Of a DNA stretch of 64,000 nt, positions 51,967-63,680 are shown piece by piece. The position numbers were made by a program, and so were the translations under genes. Under the pieces are notes generated by a model, which searched no databases, was not told the origin of the DNA, and worked only from the letters and a program-made list of their open reading frames with translations. Numbering within the stretch: the stretch's first letter is position 1; each line of letters begins with the position of its first letter. The stretch comes from Aurantibacter aestuarii (lineage in GTDB: Bacteria; Bacteroidota; Bacteroidia; Flavobacteriales; Flavobacteriaceae), in assembly GCF_003008425.1 (NCBI RefSeq), contig NZ_PXOQ01000007.1:456419-520418 (forward strand), in the 5' to 3' direction.

Positions 51967-54191
51967 AACAGGTTTTAACCATTATTATAGTTTTAATCAG
52001 CTTACAGTTAAGCTGGTCTCAAAACACAGCCCAAAAAAAACCAAAAGTTGGTTTAGTGCTAAGTGGTGGTGGCGCAAAAGGATTTGCACATATTGGCGCT
52101 CTAAAAGTTATAGATAGCTTAGGAGTAAAAATAGATTACGTAGCAGGAACCAGTATGGGTGCGGTTATAGGATCTTTATATGCATCTGGCTATAGTGGTA
52201 AACAATTGGATTCTATTTTTAAAGGTGTAGATTTTGACGATATTATAAATGACAATCTTCCTAGAGAAGCTAAAACAAGTTATGAAAGAGAGAATTCTGA
52301 AAAATATGTTGTTACGCTGCCTTTTGATCGTTTTAAATTAAAACTCCCGAGTGCTTTGTCTAGAGGACAAAACACTTTTGATTTACTTACCAGATTAATG
52401 TTAAATACTTGCAATGAAAATGATTTTTCTAAGTTACCAATTCCATTTTTTTGTATTGCAACTAATGTAGAAAATGGAACTCAGGTAATATTGGATTCTG
52501 GAAATTTACCCTTGGCGGTTAAAGCAAGTAGTGCATTACCTTCGCTTTTTCAAGCTGTCTTAATTAATGACGAGCTGCTTATAGATGGTGGTGTTGTAAA
52601 TAATTACCCCATTGACGAGCTAAGAGCAAAAGGTATGGATATTATTATTGGGGTAGATGTTCAGGACGGACTGGCAAATAGAACCGATTTGTCTTCAGCT
52701 CCAGAAATACTATTTCAAATAAATAATTTTAGAACTATTAACGATATGAAAATCAAGTCCAAAAAGACAGATATTTATATCAAACCAGATATTACTAGTT
52801 TCACTATAGTATCATTCGATGATGGTAGAAAAATTATTAAAGAAGGCGAAAAAGCGGCAATACATAATAGTTTCAGCTTAGATAAGTTACCTAAAATTGA
52901 TTCAAACAAATTAAAAAAAGAGTTTGTAAAACCACTTCCGGATACTTTAAATTTAAAAGAAATTTATATAAGTGGTAAAGAAAACTATACCAGTTCTTAC
53001 ATAAAAAGTAAATTAAAGCTAAAACAAAATTCTACCACCACTTTTAAAAAATTTAATAAGGGTACAAATAATTTAATTGCGACCAATAACTTCGATAGTT
53101 TTTTCTACGAATTTAAACCAAACGATGATGGCTATGATCTGTTTATAAAAACAACAGAATCCAAACAAAAAACCTTTTTAAGATTAGCTTTACATTATGA
53201 CGATTTATATGATTCGGCGTTATTAGTAAATCTTACCCGTAAAAAATTATTATTTAAAAACGATATAGGGTCTTTAGACCTTATTTTAGGAGATAACATT
53301 AGGTATAATTTAAATTATTATATAGATAAAGGTGTATATTGGAGTGTAGGTTTTAATTCTAGATATAACGAATTTGAAAAAAATATTAACGCATCAGGAC
53401 TTCTAACCGAAGATCAATTAGAGTCAAGTAATCTTAATAAGATAAATATTAAATACAGCGATTTTACCAATCAGTTTTTCTTACAAACACAGTTTAGAAA
53501 AGACTTTCCTTTACGTTTGGGTATTGAACAAAAAAAGCTAGAAATTAATACAGAAACCCTAACATCTGTGCTTAGCGATACCAAAACAACCTTTGAGAAT
53601 AGTAACCTGTTTAGTTTGTTTGGACAAATAAGTTTCGATACATTCGATAATAAGTTTTTCCCAAAAAGAGGTGTTTTGTTTAATGCTAAAGCCCATTATT
53701 ATATTTTTTCATCAGATTTTAATGATAATTTCACACCTTTTTCAACTTATGATGCTTCTTTAGCATATACTTTTACAGTATTTGATAAATTCTCATTTAA
53801 ACCATATACTTCTGCTGGATTTACGATTAATGCGAGAAATAATATTTATCTAAATTACGTTTTAGGTGGTTATGCCAACAATTTTATAAATAATTTTAAA
53901 AGTTTTTATGGCTACGATTATTTAACGTTAGCCGCAAATAGTTACATTAAAGGTGGTTTAGATGTTGATTACGAGATTTTTAAAAAAAGTCATATTATAG
54001 CATCTGCAAACTACGCTAATGTAGAAGACGATTTGTTCAAAACCTCTAATTGGATTAGTTTGCCAACCTATTCTGGCTACGCATTGGGTTATTCTTACGA
54101 CTCGTTTATAGGTCCAATAGAAGTCAAATACACTTACTCACCAGAGCTTAGTCAGCAATACTGGTTTTTTAACATAGGCTACTGGTTTTAA
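51963..54191 (+). CDS. Patatin-like phospholipase fused to a C-terminal Omp85/BamA-like beta-barrel
   Basis: Signal peptide, GLVLSGGGAKGFAHIG oxyanion motif and GTSMGA serine motif, then ~450 aa of beta-strand-rich sequence ending in an aromatic residue; 4-bp overlap with uvrC. Confidence 0.8.
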   Translation: MKQVLTIIIVLISLQLSWSQNTAQKKPKVGLVLSGGGAKGFAHIGALKVIDSLGVKIDYVAGTSMGAVIGSLYASGYSGKQLDSIFKGVDFDDIINDNLPREAKTSYERENSEKYVVTLPFDRFKLKLPSALSRGQNTFDLLTRLMLNTCNENDFSKLPIPFFCIATNVENGTQVILDSGNLPLAVKASSALPSLFQAVLINDELLIDGGVVNNYPIDELRAKGMDIIIGVDVQDGLANRTDLSSAPEILFQINNFRTINDMKIKSKKTDIYIKPDITSFTIVSFDDGRKIIKEGEKAAIHNSFSLDKLPKIDSNKLKKEFVKPLPDTLNLKEIYISGKENYTSSYIKSKLKLKQNSTTTFKKFNKGTNNLIATNNFDSFFYEFKPNDDGYDLFIKTTESKQKTFLRLALHYDDLYDSALLVNLTRKKLLFKNDIGSLDLILGDNIRYNLNYYIDKGVYWSVGFNSRYNEFEKNINASGLLTEDQLESSNLNKINIKYSDFTNQFFLQTQFRKDFPLRLGIEQKKLEINTETLTSVLSDTKTTFENSNLFSLFGQISFDTFDNKFFPKRGVLFNAKAHYYIFSSDFNDNFTPFSTYDASLAYTFTVFDKFSFKPYTSAGFTINARNNIYLNYVLGGYANNFINNFKSFYGYDYLTLAANSYIKGGLDVDYEIFKKSHIIASANYANVEDDLFKTSNWISLPTYSGYALGYSYDSFIGPIEVKYTYSPELSQQYWFFNIGYWF

Positions 54192-54501
54192 TAAAAAGGA
54201 TTTGGGCGTTTTTAAATTTTATCAAATTTAAACCGCGCTGTCAAGACTCGCTTTTTTTGTGTCTATATTTCGACTGCGCTCAATATTACACAAAAAAGAG
54301 CTCAAACAAATCTTTCCATCGCTAACGCAAAAAATTCATTTTTAAATCCATAAAAAAATGACGATATTTGTAAGACAATGAAACATTTTTGGTCCAATTT
54401 ATTAATACATCTTAAATTTCTTATTAAAAGAAATCCAGAATGACGTGCAGCTGTTTTTTTTGAATCATTCACTTCGTATTAATATTCAATAATAAAAAAC
54501 T

Positions 54502-55662
54502 ATGCCTTTTTATCATAAATTAGGAGCTATACCTCCAAAAAGACACACACAGTTTCGTAAAAAAGACGGATCTCTTTATTACGAACAATTATTTGGGACT
54601 ATTGGTTTTGATGGGATGTCTACTAATTCCTATCACGAGCAAAGACCAACGCAAGTAAAAGAAATTAAAAAACAATACTCTGTAAAGCCAAAAATAGCGA
54701 AAGCAAATAATATGCAGTCGTATCGTTTTAGAGGCTTTCAGGTTAAACCAGAAAACGATTATTTAGAAAGTCGTAAAACGGTTTTAACTAATAGCGATTG
54801 TAGTATTATACTTGCAGCGCCAAAAAACAAAACACAAGACTATTTCTATAAAAATACCGATGCAGACGAAGTCATTTTCGTTCATAAAGGTTCCGGAAAA
54901 CTACGTACACATTTAGGGAATCTAGATTTTAAATATGGAGACTATTTAGTCATTCCACGAGGTATTATCTACAAAATGGATTTCGACACTGAAGATAACC
55001 GATTATTTATTGTAGAGTCAAGAAGTCCGGTTTATACGCCTAAGCGTTACCGCAACTGGTTTGGACAATTATTAGAACATTCTCCATTTTGTGAGCGCGA
55101 TTTACGTCAGCCATACGAATTGGAAACCAATAATGAGTCTGGAGAGTTTTTAATGAAAATTAAAAAACAAGACGATATGTTTGAGATGGTGTACGCCTCA
55201 CATCCATTTGATGTGGTAGGTTACGATGGGTTTAATTACCCGTATGCGTTTTCAATTCATGATTTTGAACCTATAACAGGACGTATTCACCAACCGCCAC
55301 CAGTTCACCAAACGTTTGAGACGAATGCATTTGTAATTTGCAGTTTTGTACCGCGTTTATACGACTATCATCCAGATAGTATTCCAGCCCCATACAACCA
55401 TAGCAATATAGATAGTGATGAGGTGTTGTATTATGTAGATGGCGATTTTATGTCTAGAAACGATATTGAGCAAGGACATATCTCTCTGCATCCGGCAGGA
55501 ATTCCCCACGGGCCACATCCAGGAGCTACAGAGCGAAGTATAGGTAAAACCGAAACTGAAGAGCTTGCGGTTATGGTAGATACATTTAAACCATTAATGG
55601 TAACAGAAGAAGCCTTAAAAATTGCCGATGAGGATTATTATAAATCCTGGTTGGAGCATTAA
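54502..55662 (+). CDS. hmgA: Homogentisate 1,2-dioxygenase
   Basis: 386 aa; the N-terminus (PFYHKLGAIPPKRHTQF...GFDGMSTNSYH) and conserved His residues match the HGD family. Confidence 0.85.
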   Translation: MPFYHKLGAIPPKRHTQFRKKDGSLYYEQLFGTIGFDGMSTNSYHEQRPTQVKEIKKQYSVKPKIAKANNMQSYRFRGFQVKPENDYLESRKTVLTNSDCSIILAAPKNKTQDYFYKNTDADEVIFVHKGSGKLRTHLGNLDFKYGDYLVIPRGIIYKMDFDTEDNRLFIVESRSPVYTPKRYRNWFGQLLEHSPFCERDLRQPYELETNNESGEFLMKIKKQDDMFEMVYASHPFDVVGYDGFNYPYAFSIHDFEPITGRIHQPPPVHQTFETNAFVICSFVPRLYDYHPDSIPAPYNHSNIDSDEVLYYVDGDFMSRNDIEQGHISLHPAGIPHGPHPGATERSIGKTETEELAVMVDTFKPLMVTEEALKIADEDYYKSWLEH

Positions 55663-55743
55663 AAATAATTAAACAATTAACTAATTAGAAAATGGAAAAA
55701 TCATTTTCTAATTATAAATTTATAAAACATCAAATTTATTAAG

Positions 55744-56904
55744 ATGGCAAAAGAAGTAAAATCAGTAAACTACGGTTTAGAAAAAATATTTGAAGGCGCT
55801 CAGGATTTTCTACCGCTTTTAGGAACAGATTATGTAGAATTTTATGTGGGTAATGCTAAACAGGCAGCATATTTTTATAAAACAGCCTTTGGGTTTCAAG
55901 ACTTTGCATATAGAGGTCTTGAGACAGGTTCTAAAGACTCTGTAAGTTATGTATTAAAACAGGATAAAATTCGTTTAGTTCTTACTACACCTCTAAATAG
56001 CAAGTCAGAAATAAATAATCACATCGTTAAACATGGAGATGGTGTTAAAGTGGTGGCATTATGGGTAGAAGATGCTCGTAAATCTTACGAAGAGACGACT
56101 AAGCGTGGTGCAAAATCTTACATGGAACCTGTTGTGGAGAAAGATGAGTTTGGAGAAGTCGTAAGAGCAGGAATTTACACCTACGGGGAAACCGTACACA
56201 TGTTTGTAGAGCGCAAAAACTACAACGGAATATTTATGCCAGGCTTTGTAGAACTTAAAACAGACTACAATCCAGAGCCTGTAGGGTTAAAATATATAGA
56301 CCACATGGTTGGTAATGTTGGTTGGGGACAAATGAATACCTGGGTTAAGTGGTACGAAGACGTGATGGGATTTGTAAATTTCTTGTCTTTTGATGATAAA
56401 CAAATCCATACCGAATATTCAGCTTTAATGAGTAAAGTAATGAGTAATGGTAATGGTCGTATCAAGTTTCCAATAAACGAACCAGCTAAAGCCGCTAAAA
56501 AATCTCAAATTGAGGAGTATTTAGATTTTTATGAAGACTCTGGAGTACAACATATTGCAGTAGCTACAGACGATATTATAAAAACAGTTTCACAACTAAA
56601 AGCTAGAGGTGTAGAGTTTTTACCACCACCGCCACAAGCGTATTATGACGATATTCCAAACCGTTTGGGTGAGCATATGGAAATGATGAAAGAGGATATT
56701 AGTGAGCTTCAAAAACTTTCAATTATGATAGATGCCGATGAAGAAGGTTACTTATTACAAATATTCACTAAGCCAGTTGAAGATAGACCAACATTGTTTT
56801 TTGAAATCATTCAGCGTATGGGAGCTCAAGGGTTTGGAGCAGGAAACTTTAAAGCTTTGTTTGAATCTATAGAAAGAGAACAGCAAAAACGAGGGACGCT
56901 TTAA
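55744..56904 (+). CDS. hppD: 4-hydroxyphenylpyruvate dioxygenase
   Basis: Two VOC domains and a C-terminus FFEIIQRMGAQGFGAGNFKALFESIE. Confidence 0.9.
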   Translation: MAKEVKSVNYGLEKIFEGAQDFLPLLGTDYVEFYVGNAKQAAYFYKTAFGFQDFAYRGLETGSKDSVSYVLKQDKIRLVLTTPLNSKSEINNHIVKHGDGVKVVALWVEDARKSYEETTKRGAKSYMEPVVEKDEFGEVVRAGIYTYGETVHMFVERKNYNGIFMPGFVELKTDYNPEPVGLKYIDHMVGNVGWGQMNTWVKWYEDVMGFVNFLSFDDKQIHTEYSALMSKVMSNGNGRIKFPINEPAKAAKKSQIEEYLDFYEDSGVQHIAVATDDIIKTVSQLKARGVEFLPPPPQAYYDDIPNRLGEHMEMMKEDISELQKLSIMIDADEEGYLLQIFTKPVEDRPTLFFEIIQRMGAQGFGAGNFKALFESIEREQQKRGTL

Positions 56905-57039
56905 GGTTTAATACAACAAAAAAGCGTTATTAAATTCTAATAGCGCTTTTTTGTTTTATATTTTTGGAATAGTAATTGCAAAATATCTAATATAAACTCT
57001 AAGAGATTGAAAAAGGTCTCTTAGGTAATTTTTAAAATT

Positions 57040-57822
57040 ATGAAAAAGTCAATTTTACTTATCCTTGCAATTAGTTTTTCTTTACATATGTTTGCTCAAG
57101 ACCAAACCTCTTCATTTAAAGCAGGAGAATGGTTTAAGTTTAAAATGAGTTACAGTGGTTTTTTTAAAGCAGGTAATGCTACATTACAAGTTAATGAAAC
57201 CAACATTGGTGGTAAGCCAGTTTATCATGTTATAGGAAAAGGCTGGACAACCGGTGCCATCAAATGGTTTTTTAAAGTTGAAGACCGTTATGAGAGTTAT
57301 TTCGATAAGTCCAAAATTATCCCTTATAAATTTATTAGAAAAATAGATGAAGGTGGACACACTAAAGATCTGGAAATAAAATTTGACCAGACCAAACACG
57401 AAGCTTTCATAACAGATAAAAAACATAAAACTGAAAAAACAGTGTCTGTAGCACCAAATGTGCAGGATATGGTTTCAACATTCTATTACTTACGTAATCA
57501 TATGGATATTGATAACTTAAAGCCAGGTGATGAAGTGAAATTAGATATGTTTTTTGATGAAGAAAGCTATGGTTTTAAATTAAAATATTTAGGAACAGAA
57601 GTTATAAAAACAGAGTTTGGAAAAGTAAATACACTCATGTTTAGACCTTATGTTATGGCTGGACGAGTGTTTAAAGAAGAAGAAAGTTTAACCCTTTGGG
57701 TATCTAACGATAAAAATAAAATACCTTTACGCATCAAAGCAGATTTAGCAGTAGGTTCATTAAGAGCAGACCTAGAAGCTTACAAAGGATTAAGTCATCC
57801 TTTTAAAATAATTATAGATTAA
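57040..57822 (+). CDS. DUF3108-like exported protein
   Basis: Signal peptide and beta-rich 260-aa protein. Confidence 0.5.
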   Translation: MKKSILLILAISFSLHMFAQDQTSSFKAGEWFKFKMSYSGFFKAGNATLQVNETNIGGKPVYHVIGKGWTTGAIKWFFKVEDRYESYFDKSKIIPYKFIRKIDEGGHTKDLEIKFDQTKHEAFITDKKHKTEKTVSVAPNVQDMVSTFYYLRNHMDIDNLKPGDEVKLDMFFDEESYGFKLKYLGTEVIKTEFGKVNTLMFRPYVMAGRVFKEEESLTLWVSNDKNKIPLRIKADLAVGSLRADLEAYKGLSHPFKIIID

Positions 57823-57826
57823 TGTT

Positions 57827-58750
57827 ATGGCAAACCAACCAAATATTAAAGACCAATTAAACGACAAGTATAACAACTTAGACCAAGATGTTAACACACA
57901 CCTTAGTGGCCTCTTGCATAGTAAACCCATTACATATTGGGATTACATCCAGACCGATGCACTATTAAATTTGCAAGTACAGCGTACAACGCTGCCAGAT
58001 GAAATGGTGTTTTTAATGTATCATCAGGTTAACGAGTTACTGTTTAAGATGATTTTATGGGAAATAGATCAGGTAGCTAACACTGTATCGATTACTGCAG
58101 AATTTTTTGAAAATAAAATTATGCGTATTAGTCGTTATTTTGATGTATTGACTTCATCTTTTAATGTTATGAAAGACGGTATGGATGTAGAACAATACAA
58201 TAAATTTAGAAATACACTTACACCAGCAAGTGGCTTTCAAAGTGCTCAATATCGTAAAATTGAATTTGCTTCAACCGAAACAATTAATTTAATAGATAAT
58301 CGTTTTAGAAAAACAATAGATCGTAATACACCTTTTGAGCATGCCTATGAGCATTTATATTGGCAGGCAGCAGGCAAAGATTATAAAACCGGTAAAAAAA
58401 GTTATACTTTAAAGGTGTTTGAAGATAAATACAAGGCGGAATTTATTAGATTTGCAGAGTGTTACAACACCAATAATCTATGGACGATTTATAAAAATCT
58501 TCCAGAAGAGGTTAAACAAGATAAAGATTTAACAAAAGCAATGCGTCATTACGATTACACAGTAAATATTACTTGGGTAATGGCTCATTATAATACAGCA
58601 AATCATTACCTGAACATTGGCGGAAAAACAGCAGAAGCAACTGGAGGAAGCGAGTGGGTAAAATACATGCACCCAAAATACCAAAAACGAATATTTTTCC
58701 CTGAATTATGGAGTACAGAAGAGTTAGAACAATGGGGACAAGATGTTTAG
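57827..58750 (+). CDS. kynA: Tryptophan 2,3-dioxygenase family protein
   Basis: YWDYIQTDALLNLQ...DEMVFLMYHQVNELLFKMIL matches the TDO heme-pocket region. Confidence 0.7.
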   Translation: MANQPNIKDQLNDKYNNLDQDVNTHLSGLLHSKPITYWDYIQTDALLNLQVQRTTLPDEMVFLMYHQVNELLFKMILWEIDQVANTVSITAEFFENKIMRISRYFDVLTSSFNVMKDGMDVEQYNKFRNTLTPASGFQSAQYRKIEFASTETINLIDNRFRKTIDRNTPFEHAYEHLYWQAAGKDYKTGKKSYTLKVFEDKYKAEFIRFAECYNTNNLWTIYKNLPEEVKQDKDLTKAMRHYDYTVNITWVMAHYNTANHYLNIGGKTAEATGGSEWVKYMHPKYQKRIFFPELWSTEELEQWGQDV

Positions 58751-60009
58751 CATTAATAGCAGCATCTTTACTTTTTTATAATTGCAATAAAGACCAAAAA
58801 GATACAGAGGTCAATGAAGAAATCGCCGAAGTAAAACCAAAATCCAGCTACGAGTTTGGTTTTAAACTCGACGATTTTGTCGTAAAAAAAGACACCATTA
58901 AAAGTGGCGATACATTTGGAGCTATTTTAGATCGAAATCACATCGCTTATCCACGTATTTATGAGATTGTTGAAAGTATTAAAAACACCTTTAACATTAG
59001 AAGTTTAAGACCTGGAAAACCATACACATTACTATGTGCTAAAGACTCTTTACAAACCCCGCAAACATTTATTTATCAGCCAAACAAAGAAGATTTTGTG
59101 GTTATAAACTTTAAAGACTCTATTACAGCGTACCGCAGTACCAAGCCCATTAAATATGTGGAAAAGGAAGTTACAGCAAGTATAAATTCTACCATTTCTC
59201 AAGCATTAGAAGATAAAGGAGTCAGCTTGGTTTTAGCCTATAAAATGTCCGATATTTATGCTTGGACTATAGATTTTACAAGACTTCAGAAAAAAGATAA
59301 ATTTAAGGTTATTTATACCGAAAAGTATATAGATGACACTATTTACGCGGGTATAGAAAACATTAAAGCGGCATATTTTAATCATAATAAAGAATCATTT
59401 TATGCTTTCGAGTTTCAAAAAGACTCACTAAATGCTCCAGATTATTATAACGAAAATGCCAAAAGTTTACGTCGTGCGTTTTTAAAAGCGCCAGTAGAGT
59501 TTAAACGAATTTCATCACGCTTTAATTTAAAGAGACGAATTGCTTTGTATGGTAATAAGGTAAGACCACATAAAGGAACCGATTTTGCAGCAGGAATAGG
59601 AACGCCTATTGTTTCTACAGCTAACGGAACAGTAGAAAAATCGGCTTACACCAGAGGAAATGGAAATTATGTAAAAATTAAGCATAATAGTACCTATTCT
59701 ACTCAATACTTACACATGCAAAAACGTAAAGTAAATGTTGGTCAGTATGTAAAACAAGGCGATGTCATTGGCTGGGTTGGTATGACAGGGAATACTTCTG
59801 GACCACATGTATGTTACCGTTTCTGGAAAAATGGTGTACAAGTAGATCCTTTTGCTTTAAAACTTCCCGCTTCTGAGCCTTTAGAAGAGAAATATAAACA
59901 AACTTATTTGGATTATATTAAACCTTTAAAAGAACAGTTAGACAACGCAAGTACTTCAACAAAAAATAAAAATTTAAAATTACCCGAAAACCAGATTACC
60001 TACAATTAA
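58708..60009 (+). CDS. M23-family metallopeptidase lipoprotein (start probably at internal Met ~58732)
   Basis: [20 protein letters not shown] ... YLHMQ motifs (HxxxD / HxH). Confidence 0.8.
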   Translation: MEYRRVRTMGTRCLALIAASLLFYNCNKDQKDTEVNEEIAEVKPKSSYEFGFKLDDFVVKKDTIKSGDTFGAILDRNHIAYPRIYEIVESIKNTFNIRSLRPGKPYTLLCAKDSLQTPQTFIYQPNKEDFVVINFKDSITAYRSTKPIKYVEKEVTASINSTISQALEDKGVSLVLAYKMSDIYAWTIDFTRLQKKDKFKVIYTEKYIDDTIYAGIENIKAAYFNHNKESFYAFEFQKDSLNAPDYYNENAKSLRRAFLKAPVEFKRISSRFNLKRRIALYGNKVRPHKGTDFAAGIGTPIVSTANGTVEKSAYTRGNGNYVKIKHNSTYSTQYLHMQKRKVNVGQYVKQGDVIGWVGMTGNTSGPHVCYRFWKNGVQVDPFALKLPASEPLEEKYKQTYLDYIKPLKEQLDNASTSTKNKNLKLPENQITYN

Positions 60010-60011
60010 TT

Positions 60012-61658
60012 ATGCCCATACCAAAAATAAACCCCACACATACTCAAGCTTGGAAAGACTTACAACTTCATTTTAATGAGGTTAAAGCCTTGCAAATGGT
60101 CAACCTGTTTGAAGAAGATGCTAATCGTGCTGAAAAATTAACTATAAACTGGGAAGACTTTTACTTAGACTATTCAAAAAACCGAGTTACAGATAAAACC
60201 TTAGAACTACTCCAAAATTTGGCTCAAGAAGTTCACTTAAAAGAAGCAATTGAAGCTCAGTTTAAGGGTGAGGTCATCAATGAAACTGAAGGAAGAGAAG
60301 TTTTACATACGGCTTTGAGAGCGCCTAAAAAAGCACAAGTAATTGTAAATGGTGAAGATGTTATCCCGGAAATCTACGAAGTAAAATCTAAAATTGAAGA
60401 GTTTACAAATGCGGTAGTTTCAGGAGAACAAAAAGGTTACACAAACAAAGCATTTACCGATGTTGTAAATATTGGTATTGGCGGTTCAGATTTAGGACCG
60501 GCTATGGTGGTAGAATCGCTTCAGTATTACAAAAACCACTTAAACACGCATTTTGTAAGTAATGTAGATGGCGATCATGTGAATGAAGTGATTAAACAAC
60601 TTAATCCAGAAACCACATTATTTGTTATTGTTTCTAAAACATTTACGACTCAAGAAACCTTATCTAATGCAAACACAATTAGAACTTGGTTTTTAGAGCA
60701 TGCCTCTCAAGAAGATGTGGCAAAACATTTTGTTGCGGTATCTACAAATATTGAGAAAGTTCAAGAGTTTGGTATAGATGCTAACAACATTTTCCCAATG
60801 TGGAACTGGGTTGGCGGACGTTTTTCTTTATGGAGCGCTGTAGGTTTAACCATAAGTTTAGCTGTTGGTTATAAAAATTTCGATAGCCTTTTAAATGGTG
60901 CTCATAAAATGGATACACATTTTAGAACAGCTAATTTTAAAGAGAATATTCCGGTAACATTAGCCTTATTAAGCATTTGGTATAATAACTTTTTTGGAGC
61001 CGAAAGTGAAGCTGTAATTGCGTATTCACAATATCTTAACCAGTTTGCAACCTATTTGCAACAAGGTATTATGGAAAGTAACGGAAAAAGCATCGATAGA
61101 AACGGAAATCGTGTTAATTACCAAACAGGTACTTTAATTTGGGGAGAGCCAGGAACCAATTCACAACATGCCTTTTTTCAATTAATTCATCAAGGCACTA
61201 AATTAATTCCTGCAGATTTTATTGGTTTTGCTGAATCACTTCATGGCAATCAAGATCATCAAGACAAATTAATGTCTAATTACATTGCACAAACCGAAGC
61301 CTTGTATAAAGGTAAAACTGAAGAAGAGGTTTTAGCAGAATTTAAAGCGAATCAAACTTCAGCTGAAACAACAGCACAACTAACACCATTTAAAGTATTT
61401 GAAGGTAATAAACCTACCAATTCTATATTCATAAATAAATTAACTCCAGAAAGTTTAGGAAAACTTATAGCAATGTATGAGCATAAAATATACGTACAAG
61501 GCGTTATCTGGAATATTTTTAGTTACGACCAGTTTGGGGTAGAGTTAGGTAAGCAATTAGCAAATACGATATTAAAAGATTTTGATGCGCAGGATTTAAA
61601 TCACCACGACCAGTCTACTCAAAACTTAATTAAACATTTTAAACAATTTAGATCATAA
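60012..61658 (+). CDS. pgi: Glucose-6-phosphate isomerase
   Basis: 548 aa; SIS domains and conserved [11 protein letters not shown]. Confidence 0.9.
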   Translation: MPIPKINPTHTQAWKDLQLHFNEVKALQMVNLFEEDANRAEKLTINWEDFYLDYSKNRVTDKTLELLQNLAQEVHLKEAIEAQFKGEVINETEGREVLHTALRAPKKAQVIVNGEDVIPEIYEVKSKIEEFTNAVVSGEQKGYTNKAFTDVVNIGIGGSDLGPAMVVESLQYYKNHLNTHFVSNVDGDHVNEVIKQLNPETTLFVIVSKTFTTQETLSNANTIRTWFLEHASQEDVAKHFVAVSTNIEKVQEFGIDANNIFPMWNWVGGRFSLWSAVGLTISLAVGYKNFDSLLNGAHKMDTHFRTANFKENIPVTLALLSIWYNNFFGAESEAVIAYSQYLNQFATYLQQGIMESNGKSIDRNGNRVNYQTGTLIWGEPGTNSQHAFFQLIHQGTKLIPADFIGFAESLHGNQDHQDKLMSNYIAQTEALYKGKTEEEVLAEFKANQTSAETTAQLTPFKVFEGNKPTNSIFINKLTPESLGKLIAMYEHKIYVQGVIWNIFSYDQFGVELGKQLANTILKDFDAQDLNHHDQSTQNLIKHFKQFRS

Positions 61659-61662
61659 CATT

Positions 61663-62088
61663 ATGGAAACAGTAAAGGTTTTACATCACTATTGGGCTTA
61701 CTTAGTATTATTAGTATTAGTACTAGCAACTTTTAATGCCGTAATTAAAACAATTGGCAAAAAAGAGTACGAACCCAAAGATTTTAGAATATCCTTATTT
61801 ACTCTTATAGTATCGCATATTCAATTATTAATAGGTATTGTGCTATGGTTTACAGCCGATTATTTTAGCGAATTATCTATGGGAGAAATTATGAAAAACT
61901 CTGTATTAAGAAGCAATGTGGTAGAGCATCCTGTAGCCATGATTCTGGCAGTTGTATTAATTACAATTGGTTATTCTAAGCACAAAAAGCAGTTATCCTC
62001 TGCTGGAAAGCTAAAAAAAATAGCTATTTTTTATAGTATTGCTTTACTTTTAGTTTGTGCTAAAATTCCTTGGGATAAAGTATTTTAA
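61663..62088 (+). CDS. Hypothetical 4-TM membrane protein
   Basis: 141 aa; four hydrophobic helices. Confidence 0.45.
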   Translation: METVKVLHHYWAYLVLLVLVLATFNAVIKTIGKKEYEPKDFRISLFTLIVSHIQLLIGIVLWFTADYFSELSMGEIMKNSVLRSNVVEHPVAMILAVVLITIGYSKHKKQLSSAGKLKKIAIFYSIALLLVCAKIPWDKVF

Positions 62089-62199
62089 AAGTTTAAAATT
62101 TACTTGTTAAATAATTAACGGAAAAGACTTGGAGAAATCTAGGTCTTTTGTGTTTTTATAAGCTAATAAGCTTAAATTTACAGTCTTAAAATTTTTAAT

Positions 62200-63189
62200 A
62201 TGAAAGTAGCAGTTGTTGGAGCAACAGGCATGGTAGGACAAGTAATGCTTAGCGTTTTACAGGAACGTAATTTTCCTGTAACGGAACTTATTCCAGTTGC
62301 ATCAGAGCGTTCTGTAGGGAACAAAATTTCTTATAATAACAAGGAATATAGTATTATAAGTTTACAAGATGCCGTAAATGCAAAGCCAGATATCGCTTTG
62401 TTTTCTGCAGGAGGAGAAACTTCATTAGAATGGGCACCTAAGTTTGCAGAATTAGGGACTACGGTAGTAGACAATTCTTCGGCATGGCGTATGGACGAAA
62501 CCAAAAAATTAATTGTTCCAGAAATTAATGCTTCAGAGTTAACTAAAAACGATAAGATTATTGCTAATCCTAATTGTTCAACCATACAATTGGTAATGGC
62601 TTTAGCACCACTTCATAAAAAATATAAAATGAAACGTGTATTGGTATCAACGTATCAGTCGGTTTCTGGTACAGGAATAAAAGCCGTACAACAATTAGAA
62701 AATGAAATAGCAGGCATCAAAGGAGAAATGGCTTATCCTTACCCAATAGGTAAAAATGCTTTACCACATTGCGACGTATTTGAGGAAAATGGGTACACTA
62801 AAGAAGAAATGAAATTAGCCAGAGAACCTCAAAAAATATTAAACGACAAAACATTTTCCGTGTCAGCAACTGCGGTAAGAATTCCTACTGCTGGTGGACA
62901 TAGTGAAGCCGTTAATGTAGAGTTTGAAAAAGATTTTAATCTTGCAGATGTAAGACAAATATTAAGCGAAACTCCTGGTGTAGTTGTACAAGATAATACC
63001 GCTACAAATATCTATCCAATGCCAATTTATGCGCATAATAAAGATGAAGTGTTTGTAGGTCGTATTCGTAGAGACGAAACACAACCAAACACTTTAAATA
63101 TGTGGATTGTGGCCGATAATTTACGTAAAGGTGCTGCGACTAATACGGTACAAATTGCAGAGTATTTAGTAAAAAATCAATTGGTATAA
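62200..63189 (+). CDS. asd: Aspartate-semialdehyde dehydrogenase
   Basis: N-terminus MKVAVVGATGMVGQ and the active-site NCSTIQLVMAL segment. Confidence 0.9.
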   Translation: MKVAVVGATGMVGQVMLSVLQERNFPVTELIPVASERSVGNKISYNNKEYSIISLQDAVNAKPDIALFSAGGETSLEWAPKFAELGTTVVDNSSAWRMDETKKLIVPEINASELTKNDKIIANPNCSTIQLVMALAPLHKKYKMKRVLVSTYQSVSGTGIKAVQQLENEIAGIKGEMAYPYPIGKNALPHCDVFEENGYTKEEMKLAREPQKILNDKTFSVSATAVRIPTAGGHSEAVNVEFEKDFNLADVRQILSETPGVVVQDNTATNIYPMPIYAHNKDEVFVGRIRRDETQPNTLNMWIVADNLRKGAATNTVQIAEYLVKNQLV

Positions 63190-63256
63190 TTTAAAAAAAA
63201 TATAAAATTAAGCGTTGTATTAGTTTAAACCTTAAATTTACTTAGAATCTATATTA

Positions 63257-63595
63257 ATGAAACAATTTATACTTGTTGCTTTATTCACTTTTTTCGCCAT
63301 AAGTTCTTATGGTCAAAAAGTTGTGGCTAATAGTGGCGAGAATATTTTTAATAAAGTAGAAGCAAATACCAATCCTGAAACCGTTTCCATTTCTCCAAAC
63401 CCAACCACTAAATTTCTAATAGTATCGACTATTGAGAATTTAAACACCTACGAGATTTATGATGTTTTAGGTAAAAAAATATTAAGTAAACCTATTGTAA
63501 AAGACATTAATGTTTCTAACCTAAAAGATGGTATTTACTTTTTAAAACTTATAGGTCCAAATCAGACAGTAAATAAGAAATTTATAAAACAGTAA
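63257..63595 (+). CDS. Small secreted protein with T9SS C-terminal sorting domain
   Basis: Signal peptide; C-terminus ...YEIYDVLGKKIL...GIYFLKLIGPNQTVNKKFIKQ. Confidence 0.5.
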   Translation: MKQFILVALFTFFAISSYGQKVVANSGENIFNKVEANTNPETVSISPNPTTKFLIVSTIENLNTYEIYDVLGKKILSKPIVKDINVSNLKDGIYFLKLIGPNQTVNKKFIKQ

Positions 63596-63680
63596 TCGCA
63601 TAAAACGATACGTTAAAAAGCACTTACATATAGACTTGTAAGTGCTTTTTTTGTTAAATTTAGATTCAAAATCTTAATCA

